Translations under genes and position numbers: made by a program
Part shown: one piece after another, positions 51,463 through 63,429 of the stretch
Layout of the letters: each line of letters opens with the position of its first letter
How positions within the stretch are numbered: position 1 is the first letter of the stretch
The notes under the pieces: generated by a model
Told to the model about the DNA's origin: nothing
Databases searched by the model: none
Seen by the model: the letters and a program-made list of their open reading frames with translations, nothing else
Source of the DNA: Thermodesulfobacteriota bacterium
GTDB lineage: Bacteria > Desulfobacterota_D > UBA1144 > Nemesobacterales > UBA2774
Reading direction: 5' to 3'
DNA: 64,000 bases
Assembly (NCBI GenBank): GCA_965216785.1
Contig: OZ244197.1
Span: 1,568,001 to 1,632,000, forward strand

Positions 51463-51891
51463 CTAGTGATTTGTATGATGGTCACCGTCCCCCTGGTTCA
51501 CACCATCGCGGTAAATTGTATATTCCTTTACATCCCCGTTTTTATGGTAGGTCTTGTGCATACCGTCAAGTTTTCCGTCCTTGTAGTTGCATATACTCTT
51601 AATCGCCCCATTGTCGAAATAGCCGTACGTGACTCCCTGTCTTACGTTATTTATATAGCTTGAGGCCTTTTCGACCTCGCCGTTATCATAGTAGAGCTTC
51701 GTTATACCGTTTAGCTGACCGTTCTTGCACATCCACTCTGTCTTGACCTTACCGTCATCATAGTAGTCTTTGGTTACGCCGTCGGGCTTGCCGCTGCAAA
51801 CGGCTTCGGGCTCTTCGGCGAGCGCGGCTGAAGACATAGTGATTACTATAAACAGCGCGGTTAGGGTTTTTAGCAATTTCCAATCCTCCAA
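51463..51891 (-). CDS. MORN-variant repeat (YwqK-like) exported protein
   Basis: Repeated YYDNG..K....YKDGKLDG units. Confidence 0.85.
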   Translation of the reverse strand: MEDWKLLKTLTALFIVITMSSAALAEEPEAVCSGKPDGVTKDYYDDGKVKTEWMCKNGQLNGITKLYYDNGEVEKASSYINNVRQGVTYGYFDNGAIKSICNYKDGKLDGMHKTYHKNGDVKEYTIYRDGVNQGDGDHHTNH

Positions 51892-52030
51892 AACGGGCTT
51901 ATTTAAGGATTAAGATGCCGCAGCTTTAAAATAAATTCAACCTAAAATTTTATCTTGATTCTGAAACCGGCAGCATTCCTAGTTTTTAATACAATGCGGT
52001 GCTTGACTTTTAGAGTCCGAAATAGTTAAA

Positions 52031-52600
52031 TTGATCAATATAAAAGCACGAAGGGAGGGTAAAGTGAAAAATCTTTATTCATTTGTTTTAAGTATGTTCG
52101 TAATAGGGCTGCTGGGACTTTACGTTTCAGTATCAGAGGCGCAGGAATCTGCTGTAGAGGCAGAACAAGAAGCGCCGAAGGTGGAAAAGAAAGTTGAGGC
52201 GCCGCCCACATGCGAGGGTAAGGCTCCAAATGTAATAGGGACCGAAGATAATGATACTCTTATAGGCTCTGACGGGCCTGATGTGATAGTGGGACTTGGC
52301 GGAGACGACAATATCAAGGGACTTGGCGGAGCAGATTTAATCTGCGGCGGTGATGGCAACGATACCATCACAGGCGGCCACGGGAAAGATATCATACACG
52401 GAGGCCCGGGAAACGATCATATTAAGGGCGGTAAGAATGATGACGTGTTATACGGTGATGAAGGGGACGACACTCTAAAAGGTAAAGGCGGAGAGGATGT
52501 ACTGGACGGAGGACAGGGTAAGGACAGCCTTGACGGCGGAGATGATAAAGATAAGTGTATAAACGGCGAGATACACAGTAATTGTGATAGAGATAAGTAG
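52031..52600 (+). CDS. Hemolysin-type (RTX) Ca-binding repeat protein
   Basis: Multiple GGxGxD nonapeptides; signal peptide. Confidence 0.88.
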   Translation: MINIKARREGKVKNLYSFVLSMFVIGLLGLYVSVSEAQESAVEAEQEAPKVEKKVEAPPTCEGKAPNVIGTEDNDTLIGSDGPDVIVGLGGDDNIKGLGGADLICGGDGNDTITGGHGKDIIHGGPGNDHIKGGKNDDVLYGDEGDDTLKGKGGEDVLDGGQGKDSLDGGDDKDKCINGEIHSNCDRDK

Positions 52601-52675
52601 ATCTTATATCCGGGATTCAAATATAGTCTCTTTCAATAACGCCCTGGCGTCTATTGAATATATTGCTGAAACTTA

Positions 52676-53512
52676 ATGAGCTCAGCGCTTTATATAGTTT
52701 CAACGCCGATCGGCAACCTAGGGGATATTACCCTGCGCGCTATTGAAGTGCTAAAGGATGCGGACCTGATTGCGTGTGAGGACACCCGGACTACAAAAAA
52801 GCTCCTCACGCGCTACGGGATCGATAGTCCCCTCACAAGCTATCATGAGCATAACGAGAGTGAAAAGGCCAGAGAGCTTGTATCCTTTCTGTCCGAAGGG
52901 AAAAGCATAGCGCTGGTTTCGGACGCGGGAACGCCGGGAATATCAGACCCAGGTTACAGGGTGGTTAAGCTTGCGTCGGAAGCGGGCATTAACATAGTGC
53001 CGATACCGGGGCCTTCCGCTGCTATTTCCGCGCTCTCCGTATCTGGGCTCCCCACTTCGAGTTTTTCTTTCTTCGGTTTTCCGCCGCGCTCTAAAAAGCA
53101 GCTTTCCGAATTCCTAGAGAGCATAAAAAGCCGTCCTGAGACTCTCATCTTCTATGAATCTCCCAAGAGGGTTGTGAAGACGCTCCATGCAATGCTCGAA
53201 TCGCTCGGCGACAGGAGCGCGTCGCTGAGTAGGGAGATAACGAAAATGCACGAGGAGACATTGAGGGGCAAAATATCCGAGCTGATATCAGAGCTTGGCG
53301 AGAGAAAGGAAGTAAAGGGTGAGGTTACTCTGGTTATAGAAGGTAGCAGCTCAACAGATGAGGAATTAAGCCCTGAAGATGTTGACCGGCTGCTGATGGA
53401 GCTTAAAAAAGAGGGGGTAACATTGAAGGGAGCTGTAGAGGAAATATCCGGTAAGACGGGTTTCTCAAAGAGTAAGACTTATAAACGGGCGCTAGCTATC
53501 TGGAAGGGTTAA
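52676..53512 (+). CDS. rsmI: 16S rRNA (C1402-2'-O)-methyltransferase
   Basis: TPIGNLGDIT.RA, EDTR, SDAGTPGISDPG, YESPKR, REITKMHEE. Confidence 0.97.
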   Translation: MSSALYIVSTPIGNLGDITLRAIEVLKDADLIACEDTRTTKKLLTRYGIDSPLTSYHEHNESEKARELVSFLSEGKSIALVSDAGTPGISDPGYRVVKLASEAGINIVPIPGPSAAISALSVSGLPTSSFSFFGFPPRSKKQLSEFLESIKSRPETLIFYESPKRVVKTLHAMLESLGDRSASLSREITKMHEETLRGKISELISELGERKEVKGEVTLVIEGSSSTDEELSPEDVDRLLMELKKEGVTLKGAVEEISGKTGFSKSKTYKRALAIWKG

Positions 53513-53520
53513 TAAACTTT

Positions 53521-53706
53521 CTATTTATCCGTGCCGTGTTTGATCCTCCTGTCTTTTTCAACTTCAGAGCCTACAGGAACGCTCTTTTCAATCTTTTGCT
53601 TTTTATCCGCAGCCTCTCCCTGTATTTGCTTTTTACACGAATCGCATATGGATGTGTCAGAGGGTTTAGCGCATACCATGCATAGGCTTTTTTTCTTTTC
53701 GGTCAT
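53521..53706 (-). CDS. Small CxxC...CxxC (zinc-ribbon-like) protein
   Basis: CMVC..CDSC; RBS AGGAG. Confidence 0.6.
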   Translation of the reverse strand: MTEKKKSLCMVCAKPSDTSICDSCKKQIQGEAADKKQKIEKSVPVGSEVEKDRRIKHGTDK

Positions 53707-53785
53707 TTGGCTTATCTCCTATTAATATTCTACAGATAAGAGGGCAAAATGAAACCCTGATTCTCCTGCATCCAGAGGCCATAAA

Positions 53786-55246
53786 TTAAACAGGCGGCCT
53801 TTTCCCAGACCATTCAGAGCGCTGCTCATAAGCGTGCGCTACCCGGAACATGGTCTCTTCATCAAACGGTCTGCCGAGGACTTGAATACCTATCGGAAGC
53901 CCGGTCGAGCTTAGGCCCGAGGGAAGTGAAATGCCGGGGAGCCCGGCGATATTACAGGGGATTGTGAGCACGTCCGATAGATACATCTTGATCGGGTCGT
54001 CAGTTTTCTCCCCGATTTTAAAAGCGGTTTCAGGACTTGTGGGCGCGACGATCGCGTCTACTTTCTTAAAAGCCTCATCAAAATCCTGCTTTATTAGCGT
54101 CCTTACCCGGAGGGCTTTTAAGTAGTAAGCATCGTAATAACCTGCCGAAAGAGCGTACGTGCCGAGCATTATTCTTCTTTTGACTTCCTCTCCAAACCCT
54201 TCGGCCCTGGTTCTTTTATACATGTCTATCAGGCTCTTTGCGCCGCTCGCGCGGTATCCGTACTTCACTCCGTCATATCTGGCGAGGTTCGAGCTTGCCT
54301 CCGACGGGGCGATAATGTAATAGGTCAGCACAGCGTACTCCGTATGGGGGAGTGAGATCTCGACAATCTCCGCACCTAGATCACTGAGTGCTTCAATAGC
54401 CTTTTTCGCTGAATCCTCTACGTCAGGGTCCATGCCGTCTACAAAATACTCTTTGGGGATGCCTATTTTTACCCCTTTTATATCACCGCTCAGGCTCTGT
54501 GTATAGTCGGGCACAGGGGCGTCTACGCATGTGGAGTCCCTTCTGTCGCCGCCCGCAATGGCATTAAGCATGATTGCGCTGTCTTCCACAGTCTGAGTAA
54601 GAGGTCCTGCCTGGTCGAGTGAAGAGGCAAAAGCTATCATCCCGAAGCGGCTTACCCGCCCGTACGTCGGCTTCATCCCGACTACTCCGCAAAGCGACGC
54701 CGGCTGTCTGATGGAGCCCCCGGTATCGGTGCCGACAGAGCCCAGGCACAAAGACGCAGCAGTGGCCGCTGCGGAGCCTCCGCTCGAGCCTCCGGGCACC
54801 CTGTCCGTGTCCCAAGGGTTTTTAGTCGGGCCGAAGTAAGATGTTTCCGTGGATGAGCCCATTGCGAACTCGTCCATGTTGTTTTTCCCGAGTATGACTG
54901 CTCCTGAGTCGAGGAGTTTTTGAGCTACGGTCGCGTTGTATGGGGAAATGAAATTCTCGAGCATCTTAGAACCGCAAGTAGACGGCGCGCCTTTCATCAC
55001 AAATATGTCCTTAAGCGCGATCGGAACGCCGTGAAGGGGGCCTTTGTAATTCCCCTCGGCTATTTCTTTCTCTGCCCGCTCTGCGGATTGTAGCGCGCTA
55101 TCCCCAAGTACAGTTATATATGTGTTCAGGTCCCCGTCTAAATCCTCAATCCGTTTCAATAGGGTTTTTGTAATCTCAACAGGGGAAACCTCTTTTTCCT
55201 TAATGAGCTTCCCTGCTTCTTTTATGGTTAAAAACGGCAGTTCCAT
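53786..55246 (-). CDS. gatA: Asp/Glu-tRNA amidotransferase subunit A
   Basis: [35 protein letters not shown]. Confidence 0.98.
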   Translation of the reverse strand: MELPFLTIKEAGKLIKEKEVSPVEITKTLLKRIEDLDGDLNTYITVLGDSALQSAERAEKEIAEGNYKGPLHGVPIALKDIFVMKGAPSTCGSKMLENFISPYNATVAQKLLDSGAVILGKNNMDEFAMGSSTETSYFGPTKNPWDTDRVPGGSSGGSAAATAASLCLGSVGTDTGGSIRQPASLCGVVGMKPTYGRVSRFGMIAFASSLDQAGPLTQTVEDSAIMLNAIAGGDRRDSTCVDAPVPDYTQSLSGDIKGVKIGIPKEYFVDGMDPDVEDSAKKAIEALSDLGAEIVEISLPHTEYAVLTYYIIAPSEASSNLARYDGVKYGYRASGAKSLIDMYKRTRAEGFGEEVKRRIMLGTYALSAGYYDAYYLKALRVRTLIKQDFDEAFKKVDAIVAPTSPETAFKIGEKTDDPIKMYLSDVLTIPCNIAGLPGISLPSGLSSTGLPIGIQVLGRPFDEETMFRVAHAYEQRSEWSGKRPPV

Positions 55247-55257
55247 TCAAAAATCTC

Positions 55258-55548
55258 CTAGTCCTCAATTACTTTTGGTACTGTGAAAAAGTCGTCTTCT
55301 CTCTCAGGGGCGTTCTGGAGCGCCTCTTCATGAGTGATCCACTCTTCCACCCGGTCTTCTCTTAGCGGGGTCGATATATCCAGCACGTGAGACGTGGGTT
55401 CTACTCCTTTTGTGTCGAGCTCGCTTAGCTTTTCGATATATTCCAGTATATTCCCGAGCTGATCGGTAAATTTCTGGATCTCCTCTTCTCCGAATTCTAG
55501 CCTGGCAAGCTCTGCTACGTGTATAACGTCATCTTTTGAAATTTTCAT
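55258..55548 (-). CDS. gatC: Asp/Glu-tRNA amidotransferase subunit C
   Basis: HVAELARL, LRED, NAP..F.VPKV. Confidence 0.97.
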   Translation of the reverse strand: MKISKDDVIHVAELARLEFGEEEIQKFTDQLGNILEYIEKLSELDTKGVEPTSHVLDISTPLREDRVEEWITHEEALQNAPEREDDFFTVPKVIED

Positions 55549-55624
55549 AATTTAGTCCTGTAATTTCTGATAGTCCGTGCAAGTATGCAGCTTAATATTA
55601 TACAGAATCCCCGGAATATCTATT

Positions 55625-56578
55625 TTATTTGTTACTACAGAGATTTTCGACGAACTCTATGACTTCAGTCTCGATCTTCGCGCCGTTAAGATTATTTATT
55701 TCCTGAACTCCTGTAGGGCTTGTGGTATTGATTTCCGTTACAAGGCCGCCTATTACATCAATGCCCACAAAGTAGAGCCCGTCCTGTCTCAACCTGGGAG
55801 CGATAGCGGCGCATATCTCAAGGTCCCTTTCCGTAAGGGCAGATTTTGCAGGGCTTCCGCCGGAGTGAAAATTACAGCGGAATTCCCCTCCTGACTTCGG
55901 TACCCTGAGCACGGCTCCCAGAGGCTCGCCGTTTAGGAGAATGATCCTCTTATCTCCCTCGTATACCTGTTCTATGAACTTTTGGGCCATAACGTATTCA
56001 GTGCCGAATTTTGTGATCGACTCCAATATTACGTTTTCGTTCCTGTCGCCTTGTTTGGCGAAGAAAATGCCCTCGCCACCGTGGCCGTCTAGCGGTTTTA
56101 CTACCATCTCCCCGCCCGCGCTTTCTAAAAACTCTCTTAATACTGAAATATCTTTTGTGACTACGGACTCGGGTATCCATTCGGGGAAATGTAGAGCGTA
56201 CATTTTCTCGTTTGATTCCCTTATACCCGTAGGGTTATTTATTACCTTGGTTTTGCTCTCATCTATCAGGCTAAGAATGTAGGTAGCATAGAGAAAATCG
56301 TCATTTACTGGCGGGTCTTTACGCATCCATACAGCGTCAAAGCTCTCAAGCTCTCTTACCTCTGTCTTTCCCAGCTCGTAATAGTCGGTATCTCTTTTTA
56401 GGCTCAGCTCTGTTGCTCTGCACATTGCCCTTGATTCTCTCACGAAAAGGTCCTTAAGCTCCATGTACCAGACTTCATGGCCCCTTGCCTGAGCCTCCAG
56501 CATTAGAACAAATGTAGTGTCTTTTTCTATATCGATGGTCCCTACCGGGTCCATCACGAATGCCATCTTCAGTTTCAT
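55625..56578 (-). CDS. gshB: Glutathione synthetase
   Basis: MDP, MRKDPP, NEK, KPLDG.GG, GDKRI, EINTTSPTG. Confidence 0.95.
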   Translation of the reverse strand: MKLKMAFVMDPVGTIDIEKDTTFVLMLEAQARGHEVWYMELKDLFVRESRAMCRATELSLKRDTDYYELGKTEVRELESFDAVWMRKDPPVNDDFLYATYILSLIDESKTKVINNPTGIRESNEKMYALHFPEWIPESVVTKDISVLREFLESAGGEMVVKPLDGHGGEGIFFAKQGDRNENVILESITKFGTEYVMAQKFIEQVYEGDKRIILLNGEPLGAVLRVPKSGGEFRCNFHSGGSPAKSALTERDLEICAAIAPRLRQDGLYFVGIDVIGGLVTEINTTSPTGVQEINNLNGAKIETEVIEFVENLCSNK

Positions 56579-56729
56579 ATTATAGTCCTTTTCCGCAGTC
56601 CCCTGATTCTACCGAATTTTAGATGCATGGACAAATCTAAAGGCGTCTGCTCTGCTTGCTAGACTAGCATAATTGCCTTTAATGTTTCCACCAAATCCGG
56701 CATGCGTAGTAAGGTATACTTCATAACAA

Positions 56730-56981
56730 ATGGTGGAGAAAAAACCGATGTCCAAAGAAATAGCCGCGGAGAATAAGAAAATCCGGATGCTCAGGTTTAT
56801 GGTGGAGCTCACTATAGCGCTCATATACCAGAGCGAGATGACAAGAGAGGAGTCGCTTGAGCGCGTGGCCGGAGTGAAGCGCTTTGCGCTGAAACTCTTT
56901 CCCGGAAAAGAGGTCGCATTCGAGCTTATTTACGCCCCCAAATTTAAAAGAGTGATAAGAGAAGTCTATGGATTCCATTGA
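56730..56981 (+). CDS. Small hypothetical protein
   Basis: 83-aa ORF overlapping the nfi start. Confidence 0.6.
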   Translation: MVEKKPMSKEIAAENKKIRMLRFMVELTIALIYQSEMTREESLERVAGVKRFALKLFPGKEVAFELIYAPKFKRVIREVYGFH

Positions 56982-57669
56982 TCTGGAGCGTCTGCCTGAG
57001 CTCGGCAGTTATGTTCCCCGAAGCGTAAAAGAGGCGTTTTCTATACAGCGGGTGCTTAGAGACAGGGTATCGCTCGAAAATAGCGTTGAATCCCCTGCTC
57101 TGGTAGCCGGGGTGGACCTTGCGATATTAAAGGACCAAAAAAAGCTCGTCTGCGGGATAATTTTATTCCAATTCCCGGAGCTAAGCGTCATAGACAAGGT
57201 GTATTCAGTTGTAGAGGAGGCATTTCCCTACATCCCGGGGCTCCTGTCGTTCAGAGAGGGACCCGCGATATTAGAGGCATACGGGAAGCTCGAAGTGAAA
57301 CCCGATATACTGATACTCGATGGACAGGGTATAGCTCACCCGAGGGGCTTTGGGATCGCGTGTCATGTGGGTGTGATACTGAACGTCCCGACAATAGGCG
57401 TTGCCAAAAAGAAGCTATACGGCACGTTTGAGGAGCCCGGTGAGGAGCCCGGCAGGTATTCTCCTTTATTTTCTAAGGAAGGCGATACCATTGGCGCCGT
57501 TCTTAGGACCAAGAATAAGACTAAGCCTGTTTTTGTCTCGCCGGGTCATAAGATCGATTTACCTACTGCGTTGGACGTTGTAACCAAGTGTGCTCGCGGA
57601 TACAGGGTGCCCGAACCCACAAGACAGGCGGATAAATATGTCGCCGAGCTAAAAAAGGATTTGCTTTGA
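56968..57669 (+). CDS. nfi: Endonuclease V
   Basis: AGVD, FPYIPGLLSFRE, DGQGIAHPR, PEPTRQAD. Confidence 0.96.
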   Translation: MDSIDLERLPELGSYVPRSVKEAFSIQRVLRDRVSLENSVESPALVAGVDLAILKDQKKLVCGIILFQFPELSVIDKVYSVVEEAFPYIPGLLSFREGPAILEAYGKLEVKPDILILDGQGIAHPRGFGIACHVGVILNVPTIGVAKKKLYGTFEEPGEEPGRYSPLFSKEGDTIGAVLRTKNKTKPVFVSPGHKIDLPTALDVVTKCARGYRVPEPTRQADKYVAELKKDLL

Positions 57670-57703
57670 TAAAAGATTCTATGACAAAGGAGCCCCGGTA
57701 ACT

Positions 57704-58183
57704 ATGCCCAAGAGGTTTTCGTGGATAATAGAGGGCAAGATCGCGGGGATGGAAAAGCCCGGGTCTTTGTATGATCTGGAGGAGGACCTGTTGTACCTCC
57801 GTACAGTCGGCATCGATGTTATCGTGAATCTGCAGGAAGAAGAGTTTTTTCAGGACCACGACGGGTTTATAGTGAAGAACATACCGATTGAGGACTTCGG
57901 AGCGCCTGATTTGTCTGATTTTGAGGAGTTTATCTCTTTCGTAACACCTCAAATACAAAGCGGTAACGGAGTGCTGGTACACTGTTTCGCCGGTATGGGC
58001 AGGACCAATCTTATGCTTGCCTGCTACCTACTGCACCATTTGGGTATAGACCCGGACCTCGCGCTTGAAACGGTCAGATTAAAACGCCCGGTACACATGG
58101 TAAATTACAAGCAGGAAGAGGCCCTGAGAGAGTACTTTTACACCGTGAGAGATGTTCTAATAGGTCTCCGTAGCACTAAATAG
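57704..58183 (+). CDS. Dual-specificity protein phosphatase family
   Basis: VHCFAGMGRT (HCxxGxxR). Confidence 0.92.
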   Translation: MPKRFSWIIEGKIAGMEKPGSLYDLEEDLLYLRTVGIDVIVNLQEEEFFQDHDGFIVKNIPIEDFGAPDLSDFEEFISFVTPQIQSGNGVLVHCFAGMGRTNLMLACYLLHHLGIDPDLALETVRLKRPVHMVNYKQEEALREYFYTVRDVLIGLRSTK

Positions 58184-58294
58184 TGAAGTCAGCCTTAATA
58201 TGTGCCAGGTAACTTTTCTGGTATATCAAACTCTTATCTGGTAGATTATAGAATTATGGTTGAGGGCGGTTAGTCCCCCTGTACAGGAGAACAT

Positions 58295-60424
58295 ATGGGT
58301 TATTCCAAAGAGCATCTGGCGCAGCTTGATTACGGGGAAGGTAAAGTTCTTTTCGGCGATACGCCGCTTGCGATACTAAAAGCGTTTTTACAGTCGGGCG
58401 TAAGCTATCTTGGAGGCTATCCGGGCTCGCCTACCGCTGGTTTGATCGACGCCATTTCCGATTCGTACGACGATGTGCTAAGAGATAAAGGTATTTATTT
58501 TGACTGCTCAGGCAACGAGGCCTCTGCCGCGTCATTGCTGTCAGCGTCAATAAGCTATCCGATCAGGGGCTCTGTAAACTGGAAGATCGTCGGCACTAAC
58601 GTTGCCTCGGACGCGCTTTCACACATTTCTTCGTCCGGAGTTACCGGAGGGGCGATGATAATCGTAGGTGAGGATTACGGATGTGACAGTACCTGCGTGG
58701 CCGAAAGAGCGCTTCCTTTTGCTCTAAAGTCAACGATGGCAGTGATAGACCCCAGGGGAGACCTTGAGCACGTGGCCAAGATGGTACAGGCGGGGTTTGA
58801 GCTCTCTGAATATTCGAATATGCCCGTTATGTTTTTACTCTCGACAAGGGTTGCTCACATAAGGAATAAGATGGTATGCAAAAACAATGAAATGCCACCG
58901 ATCAGTATGCTGAACCGTCTGGATGATCTGAACACCAAGCAGGAATCGATACCGCTTCCGCCGTTCACATTCGATCACGAAAAGAAGAAATATCATGAGA
59001 GGATTCCCGCAGCCAAGAAATTCATACTTGAAAAAAAGCTCAACGAGTTCATCGAAGGCACTGAGACCAATATCGGCATTATAACTCACGGAATGATATA
59101 TAACTCCCTGATGAGGTGTTTGTATAACCTAGGCGAGGCAAATCTGTACGGTGAGACAAGGATACCGATACTGAATTTAAACGTTACCAATCCGCTCGTA
59201 GCGGAAGAGATCATTTTATTCATGAGGGACAAGAAAGCGGTTCTGATAGTGGAAGAGGGTATGCCCAACCTGATTGAAGAGCAGATACGCTCTATTGCTC
59301 AGCGCGCAAAGCTCGGGCTCGATATATTCGGAAAAGATATACTCCCTCAGGCAGGGGAATTCACACCTGATCACATAGCTAAGGGTGTGGGAACGTTCTT
59401 ACTTAAAAACACCGTAAATAACTATGAAAGAGAGAAGATAAAGGAAAGAAGCGAACATACCGAGAAGCATAAGCACAAGGCCGCTGGATTTTTAAAAGAG
59501 TCTGTGGCAAAGAGAAACCCTGTCTTCTGCACCGGGTGTCCTGAAAGGCCTATATTTACGGCGATTAAAATCTTAGAAGAGGATTACGGAAGGTCTTACT
59601 ATGCTTCAGACATAGGTTGTTACTCAATGAGCGGGCTTCCACCGTTTGATCTGAGCAACTCTATCACGGGGATGGGCATAGGGCTTGCTTCGGCAGGGGC
59701 GCTCTCGCGGATGGCAAATAAGAGGGTCGTATCCTTTATGGGCGACGGAACCTTCTGGCACAGCGGGCTTACCACGAGTATTTCTAACGCCGTATATAAC
59801 AATCAGAACGCAGTATTAATCATTTTAGAGAATTTCTGGACTTCTATGACCGGGCACCACGAAAATCCCGCTTCCGGTAAGAACATGAGGCAGGAAGGTG
59901 TGGGGATGGATATTGAGAAAGCTCTTAAGGGTGCGGGAGTCAAGTGGATAAAGGCAGTTGACCCCTATAACCTGCAGGATTCGATAAATGTGCTCACAGA
60001 GGCGTACGAAGAGGATGAGGGGCTAAGGGTGATTATCTCAAGGGGCGAGTGCCAGCTCGAGAAGACCAGAAGAGAAAGAGTAGTGCTAAAGAGCAACCTT
60101 AAATCCGGTAAGCGCATGGTTCAGAAGAAACTCGGCGTAGACCCCGATGTGTGTACGGGGGACCATTCCTGTATGCGTTACAACGGATGTCCTTCCCTTA
60201 CGCTCAAAGAGAGCCCGACCATACTTCGAGAAGACCCGGTAGCGCACATAGAGCATTCTTGCGTAGGGTGCGGTCTATGCGGAGAGATAGCCCATGCCGC
60301 GGTGCTTTGCCCTTCTTTTTATAAGGTGGAGATAATCGAGAACCCATCCATGCTGGACAGGGTTAGTGCGAGGATAAATAAATCCCTACTTCATTTAATT
60401 TCCCGAAACGGGTGGAGCGGTTAA
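58295..60424 (+). CDS. iorA: Indolepyruvate:ferredoxin oxidoreductase alpha subunit
   Basis: GYPGSP, CTGCPER, DIGCY, GDGTFWHSG TPP motif, C-terminal ferredoxin Cys. Confidence 0.92.
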   Translation: MGYSKEHLAQLDYGEGKVLFGDTPLAILKAFLQSGVSYLGGYPGSPTAGLIDAISDSYDDVLRDKGIYFDCSGNEASAASLLSASISYPIRGSVNWKIVGTNVASDALSHISSSGVTGGAMIIVGEDYGCDSTCVAERALPFALKSTMAVIDPRGDLEHVAKMVQAGFELSEYSNMPVMFLLSTRVAHIRNKMVCKNNEMPPISMLNRLDDLNTKQESIPLPPFTFDHEKKKYHERIPAAKKFILEKKLNEFIEGTETNIGIITHGMIYNSLMRCLYNLGEANLYGETRIPILNLNVTNPLVAEEIILFMRDKKAVLIVEEGMPNLIEEQIRSIAQRAKLGLDIFGKDILPQAGEFTPDHIAKGVGTFLLKNTVNNYEREKIKERSEHTEKHKHKAAGFLKESVAKRNPVFCTGCPERPIFTAIKILEEDYGRSYYASDIGCYSMSGLPPFDLSNSITGMGIGLASAGALSRMANKRVVSFMGDGTFWHSGLTTSISNAVYNNQNAVLIILENFWTSMTGHHENPASGKNMRQEGVGMDIEKALKGAGVKWIKAVDPYNLQDSINVLTEAYEEDEGLRVIISRGECQLEKTRRERVVLKSNLKSGKRMVQKKLGVDPDVCTGDHSCMRYNGCPSLTLKESPTILREDPVAHIEHSCVGCGLCGEIAHAAVLCPSFYKVEIIENPSMLDRVSARINKSLLHLISRNGWSG

Positions 60425-60510
60425 TAGTAATCCGCCGGATTAAGTACTTTTGTTTTATTAACCGGAAATCTTTTATAGTTGGGTAATATTGAAAAATAAT
60501 TACGGAAACC

Positions 60511-62115
60511 ATGCAGGGTAAAAGCGATCTTATAAAAATTTTCATACCGGCTGTAGGAGGACAGGGAGGTGGGGTGCTCACCGAGTGGCTCGTCCAGGCC
60601 TTTTTTAAGGAAGAGTTCGATGTTCAGGGTATAAGTCTGCCCGGGCTATCTCAGAGGGGAGGCTCTACGGTCTACTATCTTGAGGCTTACCCCAAGTCTG
60701 AAGAAAACAAACAAGTCATATTCGCGCAGTTCCCGGTTCCGGGGGAAGTGGATATTATTGTAGCGCAAGAGTTTCTGGAGCTGGGAAGAGCGCTTGAGCT
60801 CGGATACGGGTCCGATAGCACAACCATCGTGACATCTACTCACAGGATATATTCTACGCTTGAAAAGCTACCTATCGGGAGCGGCATATATTCAGATGAG
60901 AATTTAAGAAAAATCGCAAACGCGTTCTCTTCTGATTTGATCGAGCTTAACGCGCTCGAGCTCTCAAAAGCAAACGGGATGGATGAGCTTGCGGTAAACG
61001 CAATACTACTTGGGGCTTTGTCTGCGTCGGGTGCGCTTCCACTGGAGAAAAAATCCTTTATAGACGCGATTGAAGAAGTTGGAGTCGCGGTTAAATCCAA
61101 CCTGAGAGCTTTTGAAGTGGGCCACGACTATATAGTGACGAATAAGTATCAGGGTCAGGAAGCTAAACAAGCGGGGCATGTGTGGGAAAAGTTTATAGAA
61201 GAGAGAGCGCAGAAACTGGAGGGCGACGACAGAGAGGAATATCTTTCCCGCGTAAGTGAAATTGAGTCTCAGTACCCTGAAAACTTAAGAGAAATACTGG
61301 CTGAGAGCGCTTTTAGGCTTAAGGATTATCAGGACTTTAAATACGCGGACCACTACCTGACCCTGGTACAAGACGTATTTAGGATTGACGAACGTGTAAA
61401 GGGCGGCGGGTATAAGCTTACGGAGCACTATGCGAAGAATCTCGCATTACTTATGAGTTATGAGGATGGGATCAGGGTGGCCGAATTAAAGATAAAATCT
61501 GAGCGGTTTAAGCGTATAAAAGAGAACATGAGACTCAGGGACGATCAGGTCTTTAAGGTTATAGATTATCTAAAACCCGATGCCGAAGAGGTATACGGGC
61601 TCCTTCCATACTACATTGTAGCTCCGGTGCTTAGTTTTACCCGGACTTCGCTTTTCAAAAAGATATGGCGGAGGAAAAAGCCTCTTACATTCGGGCAGAC
61701 CCCCACCACTACATCGTTCTCAGGGTTCGCGAGACTGTGGTTTCTGACGAAGATAAAGTTCATGAGGACTCAGTCCTACCGCTACAGAAAAGAAAACGCG
61801 CTTGTCAAGAAATATACGGAATCTGTAAAAATTTACTCTGAATACAACTATAAGCTTGGATGCCTCATCGCTAAAAGCGCTGCTATGGTTAAAGGTTACG
61901 GTAAAGTGAGACGGAGAACAATGGACGCGTTTTACCGCTTTATTGATAATATTATATTCCCCCTGAGCCAGTTTGAGAAGGAGAGCAGGAAGAACTACGA
62001 TATTACGCTTGAGATAGGGGAAGAGGCGATAAAGCTTATAAACGGTGAATCGGTTGACGGTATAGATCAAGCGGAAAAGCTGGCGCGCGACGTGCTCGAG
62101 CGAAGGGCTGCCTAG
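60511..62115 (+). CDS. iorB: Indolepyruvate oxidoreductase beta-family protein with extended C-terminal domain
   Basis: VGGQGGG, GLSQRGG; DYQD..YA, LMSYED.IRVA, KGYG. Confidence 0.85.
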   Translation: MQGKSDLIKIFIPAVGGQGGGVLTEWLVQAFFKEEFDVQGISLPGLSQRGGSTVYYLEAYPKSEENKQVIFAQFPVPGEVDIIVAQEFLELGRALELGYGSDSTTIVTSTHRIYSTLEKLPIGSGIYSDENLRKIANAFSSDLIELNALELSKANGMDELAVNAILLGALSASGALPLEKKSFIDAIEEVGVAVKSNLRAFEVGHDYIVTNKYQGQEAKQAGHVWEKFIEERAQKLEGDDREEYLSRVSEIESQYPENLREILAESAFRLKDYQDFKYADHYLTLVQDVFRIDERVKGGGYKLTEHYAKNLALLMSYEDGIRVAELKIKSERFKRIKENMRLRDDQVFKVIDYLKPDAEEVYGLLPYYIVAPVLSFTRTSLFKKIWRRKKPLTFGQTPTTTSFSGFARLWFLTKIKFMRTQSYRYRKENALVKKYTESVKIYSEYNYKLGCLIAKSAAMVKGYGKVRRRTMDAFYRFIDNIIFPLSQFEKESRKNYDITLEIGEEAIKLINGESVDGIDQAEKLARDVLERRAA

Positions 62116-63266
62116 TTCCCTTTCCTGTTTTCTTTCATAGATTCTATAAATTCCTGAAATAAATAAGACGAGTCATGAGGTCCTGGTGAGGCCTCGGGGT
62201 GGTACTGTACCGAAAAAGCCGGGTGTTTAGTGTGCCTGATTCCCTCTACTGTATTGTCATTAAGGTTAATATGAGTGACTTCGATGTCTTTACCCAGACT
62301 GTCACCATCAACGGCAAACCCGTGGTTTTGAGAGGTTATCTCGACTTTACCGGTTTTTAGGTCTTTGACAGGCTGGTTCGCGCCCCTGTGACCGAATTTG
62401 AGCTTAAAAGTTCTCCCGCCCATCGCGAGGCTCAATATCTGATGCCCCAGACATATTCCGAATATGGGCTTTTTACCTAAAAGCGTACTTACACTCTCTA
62501 CGGCGTATGATACAGCTGCCGGGTCGCCTGGACCGTTTGAGAGAAATATGCCGTCCGGGTTAAGCGATAGAACCTCATGAGGCGGTGTTCTCGAGGGTAC
62601 TGTAGTCACCTGGCACCCATGGTCGGTGAGTTTTCTTAGTATATTTTGTTTTAAGCCGAAATCGTAAGCCACTACTTTAAATGTTTCTTTTCCCTTCTCG
62701 CCGCTCTCATGATCGGGTCTCCAAGTCCCCGTTCCGACATCCCAGGAATAAGGCTCTTCGCAGCTTACCTCTGTGACGAGGTCAATACCCACAATTCCCT
62801 GAGACGAACGTACTTTTTTGAGCAAGCTCTGGGCATCTTCATCGGTTGTGGAAATAACTGCTTTCTGCGCGCCTTTTGTGCGTATATGTCTTGTTAGCTC
62901 TCTTGTGTCTATACCCTGAATTCCGAGCACACCGTTTTCCGACAGATAAGAGGATAGATCTCCCCGGGAACGCCAGTTGCTGGGCTTTTCCCAGTACTCC
63001 TTTACCACAAGTCCCCTGAGAAAAGGTTTTCTTGACTCTGTATCTTCTGGGTTTACGCCGTAATTGCCGATCTCGGGATACGTCATCGTAACAATCTGTC
63101 CGTTATATGAGGGATCGGTGAGAATTTCCTGGTAGCCCGTCATTGAGGTGTTGAAAACCACTTCTCCGAAAGCCTGGCCTTCTGCGCCGAATGAGATGCC
63201 TTCAAATACGGTTCCGTCTTCTATCACGAGCGTGGCTTTGTTCATTTGTCCGGAGGGAAAATACAT
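62112..63266 (-). CDS. carA: Carbamoyl-phosphate synthase small subunit
   Basis: [38 protein letters not shown]. Confidence 0.98.
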   Translation of the reverse strand: MYFPSGQMNKATLVIEDGTVFEGISFGAEGQAFGEVVFNTSMTGYQEILTDPSYNGQIVTMTYPEIGNYGVNPEDTESRKPFLRGLVVKEYWEKPSNWRSRGDLSSYLSENGVLGIQGIDTRELTRHIRTKGAQKAVISTTDEDAQSLLKKVRSSQGIVGIDLVTEVSCEEPYSWDVGTGTWRPDHESGEKGKETFKVVAYDFGLKQNILRKLTDHGCQVTTVPSRTPPHEVLSLNPDGIFLSNGPGDPAAVSYAVESVSTLLGKKPIFGICLGHQILSLAMGGRTFKLKFGHRGANQPVKDLKTGKVEITSQNHGFAVDGDSLGKDIEVTHINLNDNTVEGIRHTKHPAFSVQYHPEASPGPHDSSYLFQEFIESMKENRKGN

Positions 63267-63429
63267 TCTATAAAACCTTGTGTCAACATAGAGTATAATA
63301 GTATGTATATAAATACAGTGATTACGGCAGGTTTTGCTCGCTCTTGCCGGATCAATTTAAATATGGCGGACGCGAGCGCGCAATATTTTATGTTGAAAAA
63401 AGGGTAAACCTGCAGTATTAATTGTTATT

